A DNA stretch of 64,000 nucleotides, from NCBI GenBank assembly GCA_964016885.1, contig OZ024746.1, forward strand, positions 10,044,001 through 10,108,000. Direction: 5' to 3'. Positions 13,091-28,391 of this stretch are shown here, piece after piece (the stretch's first letter is position 1; each line of letters opens with the position of its first letter). The notes under the pieces are model-generated. The model did no database searches. It was given only the letters and a program-made list of their open reading frames with translations, and had not been told where the DNA came from. Both the position numbers and the translations under genes were made by a program. The stretch comes from Eledone cirrhosa. Lineage: Eukaryota.

Positions 13091-14560
13091 TAGATATATC
13101 ACCATCATCATCAACATCATCGTTTTTATATCTACTTTTCCATGCTGGCATGGGTTGGATGGTATGGTTTAAGGCAATGCTTTACATTGGATGCCCTTTC
13201 TTGATGCTAACACTTCTAGTCACCTCTAATAACATGCAGGAATACAATGAGCCTATTCTAAAAGCCATGTTAAATTCTACAAATATTTATATTCTGAAAA
13301 GATAATATTCTTTTGCTGGGATGTTAATATAGATTTTTTATAGATTCGTGACAAGAGAGTCTTAAATTTAAGTTTTATGCTGTTTTTAACCAAGGAAGTG
13401 GCAGATCCTCAACAGCAGTACCATTTAACATCTATTTTCCATGCTTGCGTGGGTTAGCTGGGCTGTTATGTGGTCAGACATTTCAGGTTATGGGTATCCT
13501 AAGGCTGAATGCCCATCTTAATGCCAACCACTCTTACATAGTTGACTGAGTGCTTTTTTTGTGGCACCAGCATTACTACCTGACAGAGTGGAGTGGATGC
13601 TTTTTTCTTGTGGCACCAACATGACCCTCATACAGGGTAGATTGGATGCTTTTTCTTGTGAAATTAATCAACCTTAAGCATTATAGTTCCTAATCTTGGT
13701 AAAGACCCCAGAAGCTACTGTTGCTCTATTATTGTTAGTTTTGAAGGATTCCCTATAGCAGTTCAAACCTCCTAACACCCAAAATTTCAGCCTGCCATAA
13801 GCCACAGTTCAGCCCTGACAAAGCAAACACATGATAGAAAATGTTCCAGCTGTGACATCCCATTTTATTTATCTAGGACTACATTATCTATTGTGTCCTG
13901 TTTTGAGTGAGATTTGGCTACTATTTCAAACAGTTCAAGTGACTGCATAGTGACTCCATCTTTGGCTGGTTCATTTTAGTGTTAAATAATTACCAAATTA
14001 ACAGTGGAGAGTCCAAAAGACATTCCACATAAACTAAGGTAAGAAAATGAATATAAACTGTAATTATACATACAATCACTCTCACACATATATATATGTG
14101 TCTGTGTATGTATATATATATAATGATTTATGTATGTACATATGAAATTTACTAAGATCTCTTTGAGAGCATTTTAAATCTATAATGTACATATTTACAT
14201 TACAGTTTATAAATAGCATTATAATGAAGTAATATGAAGATAGTCATTGAAGTAAAATATTAATTTCCAAGGCAGAAAAGTATAATTTTAGCTTCCATAG
14301 ACAATTAAGAATCTAGCTTTTTCTTCTTTGATTTCAACTTGAGAATATGATGGCAATTGGTTCTCTATTGTTTGTTTGAACCATCTTTGAGGTTTAATCT
14401 GAAGACATAGTCTTAAAGCTGTTATATCACCGTAATAGTCTTTAAATTTTAGCAAACTATTATGACAATGTATACTATACATGTATCTATATACTTGAGA
14501 GATATTTATACATACATACATACATACATACATACATACATACATACATACATACATACA

Positions 14561-14591
<31 letters not shown>

Positions 14592-14838
14592 GCACATGCA
14601 GATATAGAGAAATAAATAGATTTTTTCACATGCCTATACTTATAGATTAATAGATCTATCTAAAATATAGATATATGGATTTCTGACTTCCACTTAATAT
14701 ACAAATATACATTTTAAAATATAAACCCATAATATTCAAGTGGTGTTTCACCAAAAAAAACTACATCCTACATCCATCTTCCAATTTTTTCTGTACTTCT
14801 ATATAACACAAGTTGGTATTTTTGTCTTTTTCGCACAG

Positions 14839-14872
14839 TATAATTTCTTCTTCAACCCTCAAGCTTTTTAGA
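14839..14872 (+). CDS. Candidate 34-nt microexon (+IISSSTLKLFR)
   Basis: Acceptor tttgtctttttcgcacag and donor AGA|gtgagc, in a non-repetitive, CpG-retaining island. Phase 2 to 0. Confidence 0.4.
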
Positions 14873-14996
14873 GTGAGCGCGATTATCAACCCTGGCATTT
14901 TTGTGTGCCATTTTGATTCCCTTTTTTTACCTAAACATTTTTCAAAGTTTTTGGCTCTTACAACCTTAGTGCATGACACACGGTTTATCCTCACAG

Positions 14997-15026
14997 CGCT
15001 GCTGCGTAGATGACCAAACAATCCTG
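14997..15026 (+). CDS. Candidate 30-nt microexon (RCCVDDQTIL)
   Basis: Acceptor tttatcctcacag and donor CTG|gtgaga. Symmetric phase 0/0, and in frame with exon 36172. Confidence 0.45.
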
Positions 15027-15574
15027 GTGAGAAAAGTCAGTACTCAAAATATATTTTATTATATATATATATATATATATAAAAGAAAAATGATGTTAGT
15101 TTTTTTTCCTCCTTTTTTTCTACCAACCCTACGATATGAGCCTGACTTTTCCCTGAAAATATATAACAATTGTTTATTTGCTAACATGTTTTCATGTTAA
15201 ATTCATCTAAAAATCATGCTTTTAAAATGAACATTTTAACAGTATTAAAATTAACTATGCTTAGTTTTATACATTTACTTCTAGATTAGTTTCAAATAAT
15301 CTTAATGTTTTCTTAAGATTTTTTAATGTAAGAAAGAAAATCTAATAAATATAATTAAAATTCATAAACATTAAAAACTGTTTAAAATAATATTAAAATA
15401 ATTATTTATATAAATACAATTTATAATCACTTTGAGAAGACATTTGCAAAAGCTCGAAAATGTCATGATTTCATGTCATTGTGTGTGTTGTATATTTTTG
15501 AAATATTTTTGTATGATATTCCTTTTCTTTTCTTTTTTTTGTTATGATTTATATATTTTGTTTTCTAAAATTAT

Positions 15575-15661
15575 ATATGTATATATATATTATATATATA
15601 TTATATATATATGTATATACATATATATTATATGTATGTGTATATACATATATATTATATG

Positions 15662-15704
<43 letters not shown>

Positions 15705-15726
15705 TATATATGTATATACATATATA

Positions 15727-15773
<47 letters not shown>

Positions 15774-16071
15774 TATTATATGTATGTATATATATATTAT
15801 ATGTATATATATGTATATACATATATATTATATGTATATATATATATTATATGTATATATATGTATATACATATATATTATATGTATGTATATATATATA
15901 TATATTATATGTATATATGTATATACATATATATATATATATATTATATGTATATATGTATATACATATATATTATATGTATATATGTATATACATATAT
16001 ATTATATGTATATATGTATATATATATATATATGTATATATGTATATACATATATATTATATGTATATATG

Positions 16072-16147
<76 letters not shown>
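15575..16147. repeat. Compound (TA)n / TATG microsatellite
   Basis: Direct reading. Similar tracts at 1399-1565, 2725-3050, 19826-20022, 22360-23065, 23270-23725, 24060-24850, 26945-27325, 32170-32987 and 54520-55340. Confidence 0.98.
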
Positions 16148-16149
<2 letters not shown>

Positions 16150-16290
16150 AACAAGTAGGACCCCGATGGCTGAGCTCAAGCCGTTTTCGAGTCGGAGTCC
16201 TACTCGTTCCTATTACCCACTCTACTACCCTAAGTATTGAGTACTTTGGTGCGTTATGGTCCACCTGGTTCCTTACCACATTTCCTTCGT

Positions 16291-16292
<2 letters not shown>
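16147..16292 (+). mobile_element. Fold-back mini-element, subfamily II
   Basis: Arms taggaacaagtaggaccccga / tcggagtcctactcgttccta, then tail ttacccactctactaccctaagtattgagt..tggttccttaccaca. Flanked by (TA)n. Copies at 21341 and 34508. Confidence 0.75.
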
Positions 16293-16323
<31 letters not shown>

Positions 16324-16357
16324 GGGGTACTCTTGCTCTTGTTAGTTATAAAAGATG

Positions 16358-16471
<114 letters not shown>

Positions 16472-16722
16472 CATCTTTTATAACTAACAAGAGCAAGAGT
16501 ACCCCATACATAGTGTAGAGTATACTTATATTAATTTGTCTCATTCCATTTGCTGTTACTTTAAATTACATGTTAACACAAATCAGACAGCATGATGTGC
16601 AGTAAGGAAAATTTTCCTTTATTCAAGATCCATGATCTATTTCATTCGCTAACACAGATCACATACCCATTTGTGCCTTATATCTCGACATGCATGTATC
16701 AATGTGTGATTGTGTGTGTGTA

Positions 16723-17068
16723 TCATCATCATCATCATCACCGTTTTACGTCCGTTCTTCCACGCTAGCATGGGTTAGACGGGTTGTCCTGTTGTGGGCA
16801 GTGTCTGGTCGGCTGACCATGCCTTGCTCATACAGGGACTGATCTGGCTTGATTTCTACAGCTGGATGCCCTTCCTAACACCAACCTCATTTACAGTGAG
16901 TGCTGGGTGCTTTTTCGTGGCGCCTACACATCCACTTTACAGTGTGGGCTGGGTGCTTTTTTGCCGTGGCACCTCCACGACCATCTTGCAGTGGGGGGTG
17001 TGGGGGCATATTGTCTATATGCTTCAGCTTGTACCCATGGGAGGTCGGGTACTCTGTATTACTGCGTG
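16723..17068 (-). mobile_element. RTE-A LINE 3' UTR fragment
   Basis: Near-identical to 59833-60180; (CAT)n tail. Confidence 0.88.
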
Positions 17069-17639
17069 TGTGTGAATATAGTTTCATGCTCACAAGTACA
17101 GCAAGAATCCTACAGATACTCTTATATGTCAAAAGCTACTAAACTACAGCTGTCAGTCAATTTGACAATGGTATCACCTCTCTCCCTCTTCAGTTTCACT
17201 ATATCCTTAATAAGTACACAGATGTGATATTAAACCAATACAAGAGAAACAGATCTGAGGTGAAGCCTAGACATGGATGAATAACTGCATTGTTGATGTC
17301 TGATAAGTGGATTTGATGATGATAAAGAGCAGCCTTTTGTTCATTCTATTGCCACATGTGTTTACCTTTGTAGGTAACTCTTTGCTAGACCTTCTGATCT
17401 TCAACAAGTCATTCAAGTCTTTGGCTGGAATTGTGTAGACAGGGAGGTTGTGTTACGGTTTCTTTTTCTAATGCTTCTTAAAATAACTGCATTGGTGATA
17501 GCTCTGTTTGAATTTGCTATAGAGCACTATTGTGGGCAGAATCGAATACTGCTAAAGTTTGCTGTGGCACATTGGGTAAACATGGAAAATATTCCCTTTT
17601 TCTCTATTAAAATGTTATTGTAGTGAGAGTTACTCCAGG

Positions 17640-17936
17640 TAGAGCCACTATTTCTCCAAATTGAGAGATCACAACTCCGCTTCTATAGGCATGTAGTTTG
17701 AATGTCTCAGGAAAGAATTGTTGGACAGATTTTATGGGCAAAACCAACCGGCAGGAAACCCAGGAGTAGACCCCGAGAAAGATTGTTGGATAACATCCAT
17801 GAACTTGGCTGGTCTCACTTGGGGATCCATCAGATCAGTTGGAGACAATTGCTTCTGACAGGACCCACTGGAAGAAGTGTTTGAAGGCTCTGCCCAATGA
17901 TCCTCTTAGGAATAAGTGGGCGAAGAAGAAGAAGAA
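17640..17936 (+). mobile_element. RTE-type LINE 3' end with (GAA)n tail
   Basis: Peptide QLRFYRHVV*MSQERIVGQILWAKPTGRKPRSRPRER matches the RTE ORF C-terminal pattern. Confidence 0.8.
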
Positions 17937-19625
17937 AATGTTATTGTAAAAATCATGTTGACCATAAGATTTTTAGTGTGGCAGCGATAGTGAAACTGTA
18001 AGAGTGGTAGTAAAAGCATAAAACGCAACATTAGTAGAAGTAATATGTGTTTAGTTCTAAGTGACAAATTAATTTCTAAAATATGAAATTAATTTAAGCA
18101 GGTGTGTCAAAAATAATAAATTAGAACAATTAATCAAAAAGTTTATGAAGACAAAATTGAATTTTACAAAAGTCAAAGTCACCCCTGCATTTATCACACT
18201 CTGTAGTCATGGCATAAACTCCATGAATAGCTTGCAAAGCTCAATTCTCTTCCCCCAAAACCTCTCCACACCCCTTCACACCCATCTCACTTCTTTTTTT
18301 AATTAGTCCATCCTTCAAGAAATATTGATTTTTTTTTTTTGTCTTCAACTTTTGTTTTCAAATTTCATTGATAAATTCATCTCTTCATGGCAAAATCAAC
18401 TTATTGAACTCATCTATGAACTGTGAACTTTCCCTTTATATTTCTAATAGAATTGAGATTGTGTGAATTAAATAGCCAAAGGAAAACTACTTCAGTGTTT
18501 TTAGTGCTATACTATCTCATCATTTGCTATGCTGTATAGTTGAAGGAATTGTTTTAATGAGAGATGAAATTGTACAGTTATTAGTAAATCTTTCACTTGC
18601 ACCTTGATGTATGTCATAGCTTTCAAAATACAACTCTAATACTTTTTATAGTTACCTGTCCTATTATTATAGAGAATGAAAATGACTCAGCTGAAAAACA
18701 GCTGACAATTTTGTGTTTCATATCTTGCCTTTGGTGCAGTTATTCTGTTCATCATTTAGACAAAGAAAGACAATACCCATGACATTTTAGGTTCTTCTAA
18801 AATGGATAGAAGGAAAGGAAATGTTATCTTGAGACTTGTACCAAATGCTTGCAACTGAATGAACTCGGCTAACAGTACCAAAGGACCTGGTGGCAGTGTT
18901 AAACCTGGAAGCATATTAAGTTTACCGTTCACATGCTACCCATCGTGCTATTTTATGTTTGTGATCATGACACATAATTCTGCATCAGTACAGTATAGGG
19001 TAACAACTCATCACTCTAAATGGTAACAGAACTACCAAGTTCATTTCCCCTTGCTAAAAAGAACTAAATATAAGGACCTGTACATATGTGCCCTTGGGAT
19101 TGGGAAGAATTAACATTTATAGTTGATTGTATCTCATACCATTATAGAAGGAAACCTTTTTTCCTATAAAAATTTAGATGGGATCTTCATTTATTTATAT
19201 TTTTATTTTGAAAACCCTGAATCCAAATACGTAATTTTATACTCATCTGTTAAAAGGAATTTCTCACAGTCTGTAATTGTTTATTAAGACTACAAACTGA
19301 TACATGCAGGGTTAACGTTGCATTTTTCAGAATTCAATTTTGTCTTGATTAACTGTCCCAATTTATTCCCAACACACCTGTTTAAATCAATCAGTATTTT
19401 GAGAAGAGGAGTAGCATTTTCTAGAATATTTTTCAATATTCCAGATTGCTTTTTACAAATAAAATAAAATTTTAAATGTATGATTATGCAATGAATATCA
19501 GAAATAATTTAAATAACAAAAACATTATTCTAATAAATGCAACTGTTTAATTTCTTTGTTATGCACCATTAATATAATTTTAAAATTGTATATGTAAATT
19601 TATCAATTCTAAATTGTTGGAAAAT

Positions 19626-19811
19626 AATTGTTTCTACTTTTGGCACAAGGCCAGCAATTACCCAGTACATGACTGGTACTTTATTTTATCGACCCCGTAA
19701 GGATGAAAGGCAAAGTTAACCTCGGCGGGATTTGAACTCAGAATGGAAAGGGCCGTAACTCTATGCGTCAAAGTATGGCGTCCGACCCTCTACCGATACT
19801 GCCAATCCACG
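19626..19811 (-). mobile_element. Nin-like SINE
   Basis: Consensus match; ggaaaataat duplicated at both ends. Confidence 0.9.
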
Positions 19812-19855
19812 GAAAATAATGATAGGATATATATATATATATATATATATATCAT

Positions 19856-20026
<171 letters not shown>

Positions 20027-20700
20027 ATGATTGAGTTATCTTCCCTTCCCCATCCCTCAACAAAAATTAATTAAAGATACAATTCAATTTTTAATGTTTC
20101 TTTGTTCATTATAACATTTTACATAACTCTGTATATCAGACATGCTCAAATTACATAGTGAGCCTCTATATGCTTACTTAATCTGCTAACAATAGCAACC
20201 AAAGATCTCCCAAAATATTCTATATCTTCCTTTAAAAAAAAAGAACACATTGCACATACATTTTAACAGGAGAAAAATAACTGGATGATCATGGCTGGAA
20301 TGTCTTTGATCATAGGTCTGTTTAATCACTGATGAATTGAGGCTAAACAACAATTTCATGCACTTAGAAATCTATAACATGAAAAGCCAAATGCATGATT
20401 AGAGAAGCAGCATTGATTCTCGAATTATCTTTGTGGTTATTCTCACAAAAATATCTTGACTATATTTAGAAAAAAACACCCTGACAAACCAGAAATAATT
20501 GCATCATCCACTCTAATCATGCAAACTATGTTGCTTACTTCACAAATATCTAAAGACTACTTTCATACAAGCTTGCATGTATAGAGAGATAAAGATTGAA
20601 AAACAGGTTGACTAGTTTCAGTTGTTTTAGAAGTATTTACTACATTTACTCTACAAAGAGACAGTATACATATGTATGTGTGACTCTCTCACACTATATA

Positions 20701-20968
20701 TCATCATCATCATCATCATCATCGTTTAACGTCCTTGTTCCACGCTTGCATGGGTTTGGACGGGGGTTTTCCCACTTGAGGCAAGAGTGGTTGTCTTGCT
20801 CGCATAGGACTGTCTGGCGGGTTTTCTACAGCTGGATGCCCTTCCTAACACCAACCACGTTTACAGTGTGGGGCTGGGAGGTTTTTACCGTGTTACCTAC
20901 ACGGCCACATTACAGCGTGGACTGTCTGGCGTGTTTTCTACAGCTGGATGCCCTTCCTAACACCAACC

Positions 20969-20970
<2 letters not shown>
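20701..20970 (-). mobile_element. RTE-C 3' UTR fragment with internal duplication
   Basis: Similar to 62852-63100; (CAT)n tail. Confidence 0.75.
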
Positions 20971-21050
<80 letters not shown>

Positions 21051-21340
21051 TAAACAAAGTTTCATACACTTAACATGTATATGCTACCATTGGTTTCGGG
21101 GTCCAGTCATGGCCACCACTGAGTAATGGAGGAGTCACTCTTAAACTGGTCCTTCATTACGGCCAATGGACGAAAATATGACTGGACATGTTAAGTGTAT
21201 GAAATTTTGTTTATACTAAATAAGCTCTCTTCCAACAGATTTCTACCAATATATATATATATATCTGTATATATATATCTGTATATGGATGTGTGTATAT
21301 ATATATATCTGTATATGGATGTGTGTATATATATATATAT

Positions 21341-21460
21341 AGGAAAAGCTTTAACCGCGACGGCAGAGCTCAAGTCGTCGGGGTTAAAACTTTTCCTTTT
21401 ACCCACTCTACTACCCTAAGTATTGAGTACTCTGGTTCCTTACCACACCTCCTTCGTTAT
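21341..21460 (+). mobile_element. Fold-back mini-element, subfamily II
   Basis: Arms aggaaaagctttaaccgcgacggc / gtcgtcggggttaaaacttttcct plus the same tail as 16147. Confidence 0.75.
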
Positions 21461-21473
21461 ATATATATATATA

Positions 21474-21988
21474 TCATCATCATCATCATCACCGTTTTAC
21501 GTCCGTTCTTCCACGCTAGCATGGGTTAGACGGGTTGTCTTGTTGTGGGCAGTGTCCGGTCGGCTGACATTGCCTTGCTCATACGGGAACTGATTCTGGC
21601 TTGATTTCTACAGCTGGATGCACTTCCTAACACCAACCTTATTTACAGTGAGTGCTGGGTGCTTTTTTTCCATGGTGCCTACACGTCCACTTTACAGTGT
21701 GGGCTGGGTGCTTTTTTGCCGTGGTGCCTACACATCCACTTTGTGTGGGGGCATATTGTCCATATGCTTCAGCTTCGGCTTGTACCCGTGGAGGGGTTGG
21801 GTCTTCTGTATTACTGCGTGACACCAGAGGTCACGGTCATGTGTCATCGCCTTTGAGAGGTGTAATTGGATGAGGTCGGCTTTTAACACCTCATCCCAGG
21901 TCTTCTTGGGTCTCCCCACTCCGCGGTTTCCATCGACTTCTAGTGCTCTGCACCTTTTTATGCAGCTGTCATCCTTCATACGCATCGT
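21474..21988 (-). mobile_element. RTE-A LINE 3' fragment
   Basis: Minus-strand peptide MRMKDDSCIKRCRALEVDGNRGVGRPKKTWDEVLKADL, near-identical to the 60138-60587 ORF. Confidence 0.92.
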
Positions 21989-22687
21989 ATATATATATAT
22001 ATATATCTGTATATACATATAGATGCATATATCGGTATCTATCTATGTGTGCGTGCGCATGTGCAATATATGCAGATATATGACTGAGTAAGATTAATTG
22101 AATAAATATAAATATTTTCATTGATAAACTAAATTTGTGTGGTGTGTCTAAGTATGGTGTTATTTCATATAAACACGTGCATGTGTGTGGGAGTGGAAGA
22201 AAGGGAGAGAATGAAGTAAGATGAAAGAAAGTGACAGAGTTGTCTATGTATATATTGTTATTTTCGTTTTTGTTGCTTTTATTCAATAGGTTTTTAACAT
22301 TTCACATCGTTTCCTCAGTTATTCTGCTTCACATTATATATAAACACACACACATATATCTATATGTGTGTGTGTGTGTGTCTATATATATATATTTACA
22401 TTATATATATATGCATATATATATGTGCATATATATATATATTTACATTATATATATATGCATATATATATATGCATATATATATATATACATATATATA
22501 TATGCATATGTATATATATATATATATATATCCATATATACATATATATGCATATATATATATGCATATACATATACATATATATGCATATGTATATGTA
22601 TATATGCATATATATATATGTATATATGCATATATATATATGTATATATGCATATATATATATGTATGTATGCACATATATATATGC

Positions 22688-22782
<95 letters not shown>

Positions 22783-22796
22783 TATATACTTATATA

Positions 22797-22910
<114 letters not shown>

Positions 22911-22946
22911 TATATATATGCATATATATATATGCATATATATATA

Positions 22947-23068
<122 letters not shown>

Positions 23069-23273
23069 ATACATATTTGTCTGAAGAACACTCTTCTCTT
23101 CATTTTCATTAAATACCATTTCTTTTGAACTTAATGAAGACAGTTTGTCCTTATTTGATTTCTGTCAAACTGGAGTTTATTGCAAGTGTCTCTCTCTTTA
23201 AATTAAATAACTCTTGGATATACATATATAGATAAATAAATATATATTTAAGTAAACATAAAAACATATATGT

Positions 23274-23351
<78 letters not shown>

Positions 23352-23584
23352 TTATATAAATATATATATTTATATAAACATATATATTTATATAAACATA
23401 TATATATATATATATTTATATAAACATATTTATATAAACATATATTTATATAAACATATATATTTATATAAACATATATATTTATATAAACATATATATA
23501 TATATATATATTTATATAAACATATATATTTATATAAACATATATATTTATATAAACACATATATATATATATATATTTATATA

Positions 23585-23705
<121 letters not shown>

Positions 23706-24064
23706 GTTTATATAAATATATATATTGCATTTAAATTTGAAATTATTTTGCAGTCAAATTTCAAAATATTAATAACTAAGATAGTGTGAGAAAAACAGAG
23801 ATAACTCTGATAGCGATACTGTAATAATAATATTAATAATAATAATAGTACTAATAAAAATAATAATGATCATGATAATAGTAATAATAATAATAATAAT
23901 AGTCCACCGGATATATGTACGCAAAACCATTTTTCTTATTTAGTGTTAGTTCACTAATTCAATTACGTTTTCTGGTAGATCACTAAAATTCTTTTGAGCT
24001 TTTTTTTTACCACCAACACATCCAGCCAATCATGTTTGTTTACCTATGCATATATGTATAACAG

Positions 24065-24122
<58 letters not shown>

Positions 24123-24234
24123 AATATATATATGAATACATAAATAAATACATATGAACATGTAAATATATATATGAATATATATATATATATATATATA
24201 TATAATAATATAAATATATATAAATATACATATG

Positions 24235-24282
<48 letters not shown>

Positions 24283-24467
24283 TATATTAATATAATCATA
24301 TGTATATTTATATATATTTATATTATTATATATATATATATATATATATATTCATATATATATTTACATGTTCATATGTATATATTTATGTATTCATATA
24401 TATATTTGTATATATATAAAGTATATATATATATATATATACACAAATATATATAAATATATATACA

Positions 24468-24523
<56 letters not shown>

Positions 24524-26084
24524 AATATTCATTATGTATACATATACATATATATATTTGAAAATATATATTTATATATATACGTATATATATGTATATA
24601 TTGTATATGCATATATATGCATATATTATATCATATATATCTATTTATCATATATAGTTTGTATATGTCTATATATGTAGCATATATATATTAATATATA
24701 TATTAGTATATATATATATATATATAGTATGCATATGATTATATATGCAGCATATATATATATTCATCCTCATATATATATATATTAATAAATATATTTA
24801 TATATATATATATATATATGTCTGTACATATACCTATATGTGTATATTATATAATTTATTTTCAGTATTTCTTTATTGTTGTTGTTATTGTTTTGGGGTT
24901 GGAGAGGAGGGATTTTGTTGCCAATAAACAGATATTTTAATCTTTACTAATGCTTTTTGTTTGAAATTGGTTAGAGATGTGACAACTTCAAGCAAAACCT
25001 TTGACAACATCCATAGCTACCCTCCTCTCAGTGCACAGATGCATGCTGATACATATTATATTTATATATATATATATATATAGATAGATTTATGCTGCTA
25101 TATATATATGAATATATATATATGTATTCTTTTAACCATTTGCCTTTCTCATATCAAACCTTAACAGTTGTTGGGGCTGTGACGAATAGCATTTAATTTT
25201 GTTGAAATATAATGAATATTCCTTTCTTTTTTATCTTATTTCAAATACATCTTTTAGCCACAAAATACAAATTTATGATTTTCTTATTAAAAATCACCAC
25301 ATATTTTGTCATGTTATTCTTGCTATTAATACTTGGAAAGTATTGGTAATAAACAACGTTATTATGAGTCACTGAGCCAAAGAACATGCATCCCATTAAC
25401 TTGATTTATCCTGTTTGTTATGCTGACCATTTATCATCATCTACCTATCATTCCTATCGTTTTTTTATACTCAAGAGTCTCACCATCTTGATATTTATAA
25501 GATACGCCATTAACTGATGTCTACTTCATTTTATCATTGCTCAATTTAATATTCCTTAAATTTAGTGTCCACCATATAACCAGTGACACACAACTACCTG
25601 CCATCCATATTGTATTCATCATCATACCCAATGTTTCCTCTCAATATCTCTCTCCTCTCTCTCTCTCTGTCATTGAATCACTCTCACATATAGTAATCAC
25701 TATGACCATCACTACCTCCGCCACCATTTCATACACTAAACTATATTCATATATTGCTTTTTTTTTTTTTCCATACTAACACTAGTTGGAATATTGTGAT
25801 GTATGCACTCACATAAAAGAGAACTCATCACAATCATATCTAACCATAATATTAAGAACACTCCAACAGTAACATAAGCTGCTCATATTTTAATAAAACA
25901 GTTGGAATTTTTCTCAGAGAATTTCTATATTTCTTTGAACCCAAATTGTAAGATCTATCAGAAAAATATCAACATAAACAAGATGATTAATTCTGACTAA
26001 TAATTAGAGTTTCACTAAGCCCAACAAGTTAGTTGTGGATTAATAACATTTGATTGGCTACTTCAATATCATCATAATAATAAT

Positions 26085-26268
26085 AATTGTTTCTACATTT
26101 GGCACAAGGCCAGCAATATTTTCCAGTACATTACTGGTACTTTATTTCATCGACCCCGTAAGGCAAAGTTAACCTCGGCGAGATTTGAACTCAGAATGGT
26201 AAGGGCCGTAACTCTATGCATCAAAGCATGGCATCCGATCCTCTACCGATACTGCCAACCCACCGCCC
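26085..26268 (-). mobile_element. Nin-like SINE
   Basis: Consensus match, inserted in (AAT)n. Confidence 0.9.
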
Positions 26269-26311
26269 TTAATATAATAATAATAATGAAAATATAATAA
26301 TAATAATGAAA

Positions 26312-26344
<33 letters not shown>

Positions 26345-27665
26345 AAATTATTGTGTACAGTGCTAAGGTGCACTACAGCTCATCAAAGGTGCATGTATAG
26401 CACATTATGTTTCATTCAAGTTGACTATTACCATCTAAACCAATCTACTAAAGGAGTTATTTCAATTTCAAATATTTCCAAATCAATGAGAAACTTGCCA
26501 AGAAATAATATATAAATAATTCATACGACACTCTATTCTAAATATCTCTCTTTATCTATCTTTTCAAACTATAATGACTATAACATAAACATGTATGTAT
26601 GAGAAATTAGTGGAGGGACATTTATCTCTATATGTTTGATTTTTGTCTGTATATAAACTCTAAGATACATTAGGCAATAATATCTGGAGAGATATGTATT
26701 CTTTCTCAGTTGCAAGTTTAACTTCTCAAGGATAGTTATTCTCTTCCCTTCTCAATATGTAGAAGGGTATATGGCATGTCATCTTGACACTACCAGAATG
26801 TGATAGCCAATCAGTGTATTATGATAGCTCATACGTGTTTATACATTTATTTACTATTTAGTTTCTTGTTAAAATATTTTCTTCAAACTGAATTAATATC
26901 TGTAATTTTAGTTCACATAAAACATGTTCCGATTTTTACACATCTACATGTGTGTGTGTTTGCATGTGTGTGTTTGCATGTGTGTGTATATATATATATA
27001 TATATATGTGAGTGTGTGTGTGTATATATATATATGTGAGAGTGTGTATATATATACACACACGCATATATATATATATATATATGTGAGTGTGTGTATA
27101 TATATATATATATGTGAGAGTGTGTATATATATACACACACGCATATATATATATATATATGTGAGTGTGTGTATATATATATATATGTGAGAGTGTGTG
27201 TATATATATACACACACGCATATATATATATATATATGTATATATATATTCATATATGTGTATGGGGTATTATATATGTGTTTCTGTGCATGTATGTACA
27301 TATATGTGTTTATACATATAATATATAAGCTATTTTAATGTATTTTATATGATATTATAAAATAGTAATTTTGGAAGATTTTACCTCCTTCCTTTTCCTT
27401 TCATTTAACAGTTTCTGTGTACAGATATTCTGCTTCAATTTACTGTTTTGCTATAAAATTATGGATATTTCATAAATTCATGGCATTCATATAGCTAAAA
27501 TATATTCCACGGAAGAAAATTTTGGTTTCCATCAAGAAAATAGTCTCCTTCACTCTAAGTCTTCAGGCACTTACCAAATGTTCTGTTCTCTCTAATACCG
27601 TATAACATATCAATTTCTAATCAATAATTTAAATTCCTTTTCTTTAAATATGAAATAAACTTTTC

Positions 27666-27755
27666 TTTTTTCTAATGAGAAAGTGAATTATATAACCCTC
27701 TTGGTATATTTTAGTGTTTCACAAGCATGTCAGTCTGACAAAATATTGGTCTCTT

Positions 27756-27816
<61 letters not shown>

Positions 27817-28303
27817 TCATCATCATCATTTCATCATTTCATTTTACGTCCACTTTTCCCTGCTTGCGAGGGTGGGATGGGAACTGATTCTGGCTTGATT
27901 TCTACAGCTGGATGCCCTTCCTAACACCAACCTCATTTACATATATATATATATATATATATATAGTTATACTTGGGGAGGGTCATATTGTAATAATATT
28001 GTCAGAAATAATAACAGAACACACTCTTTGGTTGGTTTTCGCTTCTGTATCTTTTATAGCTCCACAGTTAATTCATTTGGTCCTCAATGTTTATCATTGA
28101 CTGACCAACGGTAAAAAATATAAATATAAACACATATGTATATGTGTTTATATCTATATTATATCTTTATTTTTTACCGTTGGTCAGTCAATGATAAACA
28201 TTGAGGACCAAATGAATTAACTGTGGAGCTATAAAAGATACAGAAGTGAAAACCAACCAAACAGTGTGTTCTGTTATTATTTCTGACAATATTATTACAA
28301 GTA

Positions 28304-28391
<88 letters not shown>

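Noticed and set aside
15432-16240. Long Ile/Tyr-rich ORFs (also 22231-23112, 32390-33136, 54460-55446 and many shorter ones)
   Set aside because: They are translations of stop-free (TA)n compound microsatellites, open in several frames on both strands.
18790-19050. Slightly GC-richer unique stretch as a possible exon
   Set aside because: Stop codons occur in all frames after the available acceptor, and there is no recognisable peptide or good donor.
20329-20350. CTGATGA as a hammerhead core
   Set aside because: No stem II or GAAA; it is part of a decayed dispersed repeat (compare 11430-11505 and 56380-56455).
24975-25050. Possible exon DVTTSSKTFDNIHSYPPLSAQ after a TACTAAT branch-like site
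   Set aside because: No credible 5' splice site follows.
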